From positions 4,154,001-4,218,000 of the forward strand of contig CM007991.1 of the NCBI GenBank assembly GCA_002189035.1: a DNA stretch of 64,000 nucleotides. Direction: 5' to 3'. The position numbers were made by a program, and so were the translations under genes. This document shows positions 62,201 through 64,000 of this stretch, piece after piece; the stretch's first letter is position 1; the number at the start of each line of letters is the position of its first letter. This DNA is from Utricularia gibba (lineage: Eukaryota; Plantae; Magnoliophyta). The notes below the pieces were generated by a model, which saw only the letters and a list, made by a program, of their open reading frames with translations, had not been told where the DNA came from and did no database searches.

Positions 62201-63285
62201 GTTTAGAAGACATATAACTGAAATCCTCTTACCTTGTGGCTAGACAATGAAATGGGTGATATAGGTGTTACTGCAGAGACTCACATGAAACTACCTTAGT
62301 TATGTATATCGTATGGCTCAAGTATTTTTTCTTGGCAGAGAGCACTGGAGCTTGGTCATTATTTGTATACCAAGTAAGGAATCTGAATCAGGACCTATCA
62401 TACTTCACATGGATTCTTTAGAATACCATACGAGTGGGTCAATTTTCAGGGATGTCAAGAGGTAAGTCGATTACAGTGCATGAGCATGCTGCAAATTTTC
62501 ATATGGTCAACACATCTTTTTTAGTATTTTAGATCCACCCACATGAGTAGTTACTATGACTGATTGTCATAGCAGTATGGTGTCCCTTAAGTTTACGTTA
62601 TGTACAGGTTTTTCTATAGAAATAAGCAAGCGAGGTTCCATTCATAAAATTAGCCTACGAACATTCATCTAAAGCCAATATGATAACTGAGCGACTTCTA
62701 GCTTGTTGTGCTTCTTAAATTACTTCACTGATTTTCGCATGTCGTCTTAGATAATATTACGTGTTGTTTATTTTCAGTTTTTTAATAGAAGAATGGGAAT
62801 TCCTTAAACAAGAAGAATTTCCACCTGGGCATCCCATTGCAAACCATATCTGGGAGAAACTCTCACGAAGAATTGACGAGAAAGTAGTTAAGGTAAATGA
62901 TTTTGCTATTCCTGCAGATAATTAACTACCAATCCAAACCATTCTATTACTGATTTCCTTTTGTTTCTGTGTGGTGGCGTTACCTTCCAGGTACCCCAGC
63001 AAGAAAATGTATATGACTGTGGCCTCTTTGTCCTCTACTTTCTCGAACTTTTCATTGAAGCAGCCCCTTCAAGACTGAAAAAGAAAGACTTGGACATGGT
63101 AATTCTTCTCTTTTGCATATTCCACTTCTGTTCTTTCTGCCACGTTTATATTTTTCACACCTTCCCATCCTCAGTTTGGTAGGCAATGGTTCAAACCTGA
63201 AGAGGCGTCCAGCTTAAGACATAGGATAAAGAAACTTTTGATAAAAGAATTCATTGCGCAAACGAAGGAGGAGCTTGTAAATTGA
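59280..63285 (+). CDS. ULP1D: SUMO protease ULP1C/ULP1D (OTS2/OTS1)-like
   Basis: 14 exons: 59280-59615, 59797-59845, 60201-60295, 60382-60590, 60829-60877, 61001-61065, 61165-61197, 61280-61375, 61593-61695, 62041-62135, 62339-62461, 62778-62892, 62991-63098, 63175-63285, all in phase (N-terminal exons less certain). Catalytic motifs HWSL, HMDSL and PQQENVYDCG; also LPDGGEKLR and WFKPEEASSLR. Confidence 0.92.
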
Positions 63286-63560
63286 AACTCCAACCGGATT
63301 CTGTGCCCAGGCAGCCGTTTTCCTTGGAATGGTTTCGGTTTCCAGGCATCATGATTTGCTTGCTGTACAGTTCGCTGATTTGAGAATAGGGATGCGAACT
63401 TGGAAGTTGGACTATTTCATAACACGCCTCCTCAAGGGACGGAGATGGTTCTGCGGCAACTTCAGAATGTCATCATGTGCATTGAATTTTGGTTGCAAAG
63501 ATTTTGCATCACCCGGCGACTCTGTAGTAAAACTTTGAGGAGCACCGACGTGAAGATTTT

Positions 63561-64000
63561 CTAGATATCATCAACGAAACATGGCCCCGAGCAGGCCGCC
63601 CCATCACCTCTGCTACGCCCAGGGAAAACATTGCATCCGGATTCTGATTGGATGTCGCCAGGAATTCGGTCATTTATCATCGTATAGCCTCTTTGGTTTT
63701 TCCATTCGATGTCCCTCTCCAGTCTCCACTGGAATTGGAAGATATTTTTTTGGTATAACAACAACACACCTATGAGTTCTCATGTTACAGAGTCGGTCTC
63801 TAAAAAGCAAAAACAATCTGGCAACTTAAACTATGAAAAACCAGCACAGGCATCATCATTCTTTCAGGACACAAATCCGCCTGGAAACTCAGAAACCTTC
63901 TTGCCCAATATCCATGGGGTGGTAATCCAGGCTCCAGTGTAGACTGAGGTTGCCTGCTTGCTTCTCTTTTTACCAAAAGGTCGGTTAGTCCCTGGAAAAG
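63561..64000 (-). CDS. 3' end of an unidentified protein-coding gene (partial, convergent with ULP1)
   Basis: Putative exons >64000-63842 (LFQGLTDLLVKRE...HGYWARRFLSF...PVL) and 63728-63561 (WRLERDIEWKNQRGY...SRGDGAACSGPCFVDDI*), joined by a 113-nt phase-0 GT-AG intron. An alternative frame ending ~63866 cannot be excluded. Confidence 0.4.

Overview
Plant (eudicot) nuclear genomic DNA. Genes have short introns (mostly 70-120 nt) and sit in clusters separated by AT-rich, transposon-derived tracts. I rebuilt exon chains by hand from GT/GC-AG sites and reading-frame phase. Gene order: PP2A catalytic subunit (3' end, +), CCB4 (+), WVD2-like/TPX2 protein (+), group Ie formin (-), type-A response regulator ARR3/4-like (-), a 9.5-kb decayed L1 LINE carrying a nested copia deletion derivative and a gypsy solo LTR, chloroplast RRM protein RBD1-like (-), about 7 kb of AT-rich TE debris, nucleobase-ascorbate transporter (-, 14 exons), PBL28-like cytoplasmic kinase (-), RSS3-like bHLH-MYC_N protein (+, frameshifted), MBD9-like (+, one frameshift), ULP1C/D-like SUMO protease (+), and the 3' end of an unidentified gene (-). 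The two most unusual observations are (1) a type-A response regulator whose tail is expanded into six ~22-aa repeats, each with an SP site and an LxxLL helix, and (2) an intact-ORF formin whose lasso and post dimerization motifs and FH1 tract appear degenerate. Four apparent frameshifts all fall in C/G homopolymer runs and may be assembly errors. I found no tRNA, rRNA or CRISPR features. Family assignments rest on remembered consensus sequences; no searches were run.
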